Shown: positions 61,897 to 64,000 of the stretch, in pieces
Numbering within the stretch: position 1 is the first letter of the stretch
How the letters are laid out: each line of letters starts with the position of its first letter
From: Toensbergia leucococca
Taxonomy: Eukaryota
Reading direction: 5' to 3'
Assembly (NCBI GenBank): GCA_022813965.1
Contig: JALDZS010000055.1
Location: 62,001 to 126,000 of the forward strand
DNA length: 64,000 nt
Notes under the pieces: generated by a model
What the model was told of the DNA's origin: nothing
Seen by the model: the letters and a program-made list of their open reading frames with translations, nothing else
The model's database searches: none
Made by a program: the position numbers and the translations under genes

Positions 61897-62748
61897 ATGT
61901 CGACTGAGCCAACTTTTTATCTGCTCCCGCCACTCAATACAATCGCAGTAGAAGACCCACGAGAATGGATTGGCCGCATTGTGAAGTCTTTCAGTGATCC
62001 CGAGGCCAACTTCACACCCGAAAAGCCTCTTCCTCCAGATCAACAGCCAGTTGTAAAGGACGACCCGGGCTTCTCAGATGTAGAAGAAATCATCGAATTT
62101 GCAACGTCCAAGTCGCTGCGACTATCCTTGGTTGACATGCTGCGCATCAGTCATTCCCGTACCGTGACGAATGCTCCACAATTCCAATCGACAAAGGTAC
62201 GAAGGCTTAAATTACAGCACGAAGATAGGTACTGCGAGCGCATCTTGGCCGAGGAGGAGGTGAAAGCTCAGCTCAAACTATGGCACCGAGTCAGACACCC
62301 TGTTTACCTGATCGTCAGCCTACTTGTCTCGGACCAGGTACATTATGCGGAAAAGGCGAATAAGAACACGAGCCATGATATCACGGCGAAGCCTCCATCT
62401 CAACTTGCATCCATAGCTGCAGCCTCTCCTATGCCGATGCCCGACCTTGCACAATACAGTATGTCTACATCCTCAAAGCGCAAGCTTGGGATGGGACTGA
62501 CCGCCACTGGAAGGAGGATATTTGCAGTCGAGTACAGAGTGCTTATCAAGAGGCTATTAAGCACGTCTGGTCAGGTTGACATGAGGCCTGGTGGAGTCCG
62601 TGGAGACAGATCTTTTGGACGCGAGGAAGAGGCCATGGGGTCACCAGACACAGAGGAGCAGCAAAGCGAAGTTATTTCTGACCCGGACCCTTTTTCGAAT
62701 TTTGTTGAAGAAGGGGAGGAGGATTATTGCTTTGTGATTGATAAGTGA
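61897..62748 (+). CDS. Fungal gasdermin-like pore-forming protein (HET-Q1/RCD-1 family), 283 aa
   Basis: Size and motif order: FYLLPP, WIGRIV...P, Ser/Thr-rich alternating strands, PVYLIVSL, IFAVEYRVL, then an acidic ~43-aa tail after SF-G; adjacent to a protease gene. Confidence 0.72.
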   Translation: MSTEPTFYLLPPLNTIAVEDPREWIGRIVKSFSDPEANFTPEKPLPPDQQPVVKDDPGFSDVEEIIEFATSKSLRLSLVDMLRISHSRTVTNAPQFQSTKVRRLKLQHEDRYCERILAEEEVKAQLKLWHRVRHPVYLIVSLLVSDQVHYAEKANKNTSHDITAKPPSQLASIAAASPMPMPDLAQYSMSTSSKRKLGMGLTATGRRIFAVEYRVLIKRLLSTSGQVDMRPGGVRGDRSFGREEEAMGSPDTEEQQSEVISDPDPFSNFVEEGEEDYCFVIDK

Positions 62749-64000
62749 ACACAACTTATCCTGTATCCCAGGCTCCGTCCCTCAGAACGTTCATAGACTC
62801 TAAGATCAGGCAACGTTCTGCTGGGATACTTAAGGAGAGCCGTCTTTCATTTCTTACTCCAATCACGGCCGAAAATGTCTACGAGCTTGATCACAAAGCT
62901 AGTGAGGTGGGCAATCCTTAAGCACGATGCTTGCATTCATTATCCTTCTTTGGAAGCTCAGGCTTCCTCAGGCGGAGGAAATCAGCAGTTTGATCTCCGT
63001 CCACAACCTGAACACCCAGCAATGCCACGACAAGCATGGCACAAGAGAAACTCCTCATTTGAAACAAGGAGTTCGACGCTGCTCGCAAGGCATGCTGCAA
63101 TCATGTTGGTAGAGCACTTCACCTGGAACCGCTACAAAGCCATCGTGATCAATCTTTTCACCCGCGTTGTGGATATAGTTGAGAACTCACTCGGTCACTC
63201 CGCAGAGTCTTTGACTGCTTTCATAGCTACACCAAGTCTTGTGGCCCATATGTCTGAGCCACATTGCCATCTAATCCATATCAGGTTCGATTCCCAATAC
63301 CGCTGATACAATGGCGAAGGGTTTTCTTGTTCTTTCATAAATATGCACGGAAGAGGTACTCAGTCGCTCCCTCGCACGTGGAACAACAAGACATCCATCT
63401 TACGCACATGCGCTGCCTTGTGAGCTGGCTTGTAACACCAGAGTGTGTCAATCTTTCCTTGGTGTGATCACCCGCCATCAGACAACAGCAATCCCAAAAA
63501 ACGGGCGCAAAAAAATCCAAAAACCACCAGCGTGAATAAACGTCACAAAAAGCTCGTTATTCCTTAAACTAACCAGAATTCCGAAAAGGGGGGTTAAAGA
63601 GGCATGAAAGCCCAAAGAGCTCCCCACACACCCTCCCCACACACCCTCCCTCCCCTCCTTAACCTTTCACTACCCGCTCCACTCTCCCCCCCCCCACCCA
63701 GGGAAGGAGTCAAATACCTACTCCAAACCCCCAAAAAACTCCGATGCCCCCCCCCCCCCAAAAAAAACAACCAACCAAAACCAAAAAAATTCCAAAAGCC
63801 TGAAATGCGCCACCCCCATGACTCCCACAAAAGCAAAAAAGGATCCGCAACCCCCATATCTCCGCCGCTATAAAAAAAAGGGACAGCGTGAAAAAGAAGG
63901 CCAGAGATGAAGTCTGGGGAAAGAAAAGAGGCAGACATATTGCCAAAACGTAAAGCAAATAATCACCCCAAATCCATACTCAAGACCCAAACCCCTAGCA

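Noticed and set aside
57100..63600. Possible terminal inverted repeats enclosing the CHAT-gasdermin pair (TTTTGCGCCC ~57241 vs GGGCGCAAAA ~63503)
   Set aside because: Only ~10 bp match in low-complexity sequence; no TSD or transposase, so mobility cannot be claimed

Overview
Filamentous ascomycete (Pezizomycotina) genomic DNA with GT-AG introns. An LSU rRNA carrying both group I and spliceosomal introns is typical of lichen-forming Lecanoromycetes, but this is not proven here. The centre (~19.3-30.0 kb) is a collapsed rDNA locus on the minus strand: 18S-ITS1-5.8S-ITS2-28S, with two group I introns (L1921, L2449) and one spliceosomal intron (~L1849) in the 28S, a subrepeat-rich IGS and an assembly gap. 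It is bracketed by two inverted 236-bp LTR-like copies. The left copy truncates a decayed Ty3/Gypsy-like element, the right copy truncates a 5.8S gene, and a derivative of the same LTR lies inside the IGS. The flanks hold ordinary genes (FMN-dependent hydroxyacid dehydrogenase, SPP1, S28 peptidase, STM1, bZIP, arrestin, LIM, MAPEG, Prx-like, SGNH hydrolase, metallophosphoesterase, DnaJ), DNA-transposon relics (Tc1/mariner, pogo/Fot1, a two-copy MITE family) and putative cell-death genes. The latter are a HeLo-like/pseudokinase fusion and, most notably, a head-to-head pair of a CHAT caspase-like protease-STAND NTPase gene and a gasdermin-like gene (58.0-62.7 kb). All calls come from reading the sequence by eye; no searches were run.
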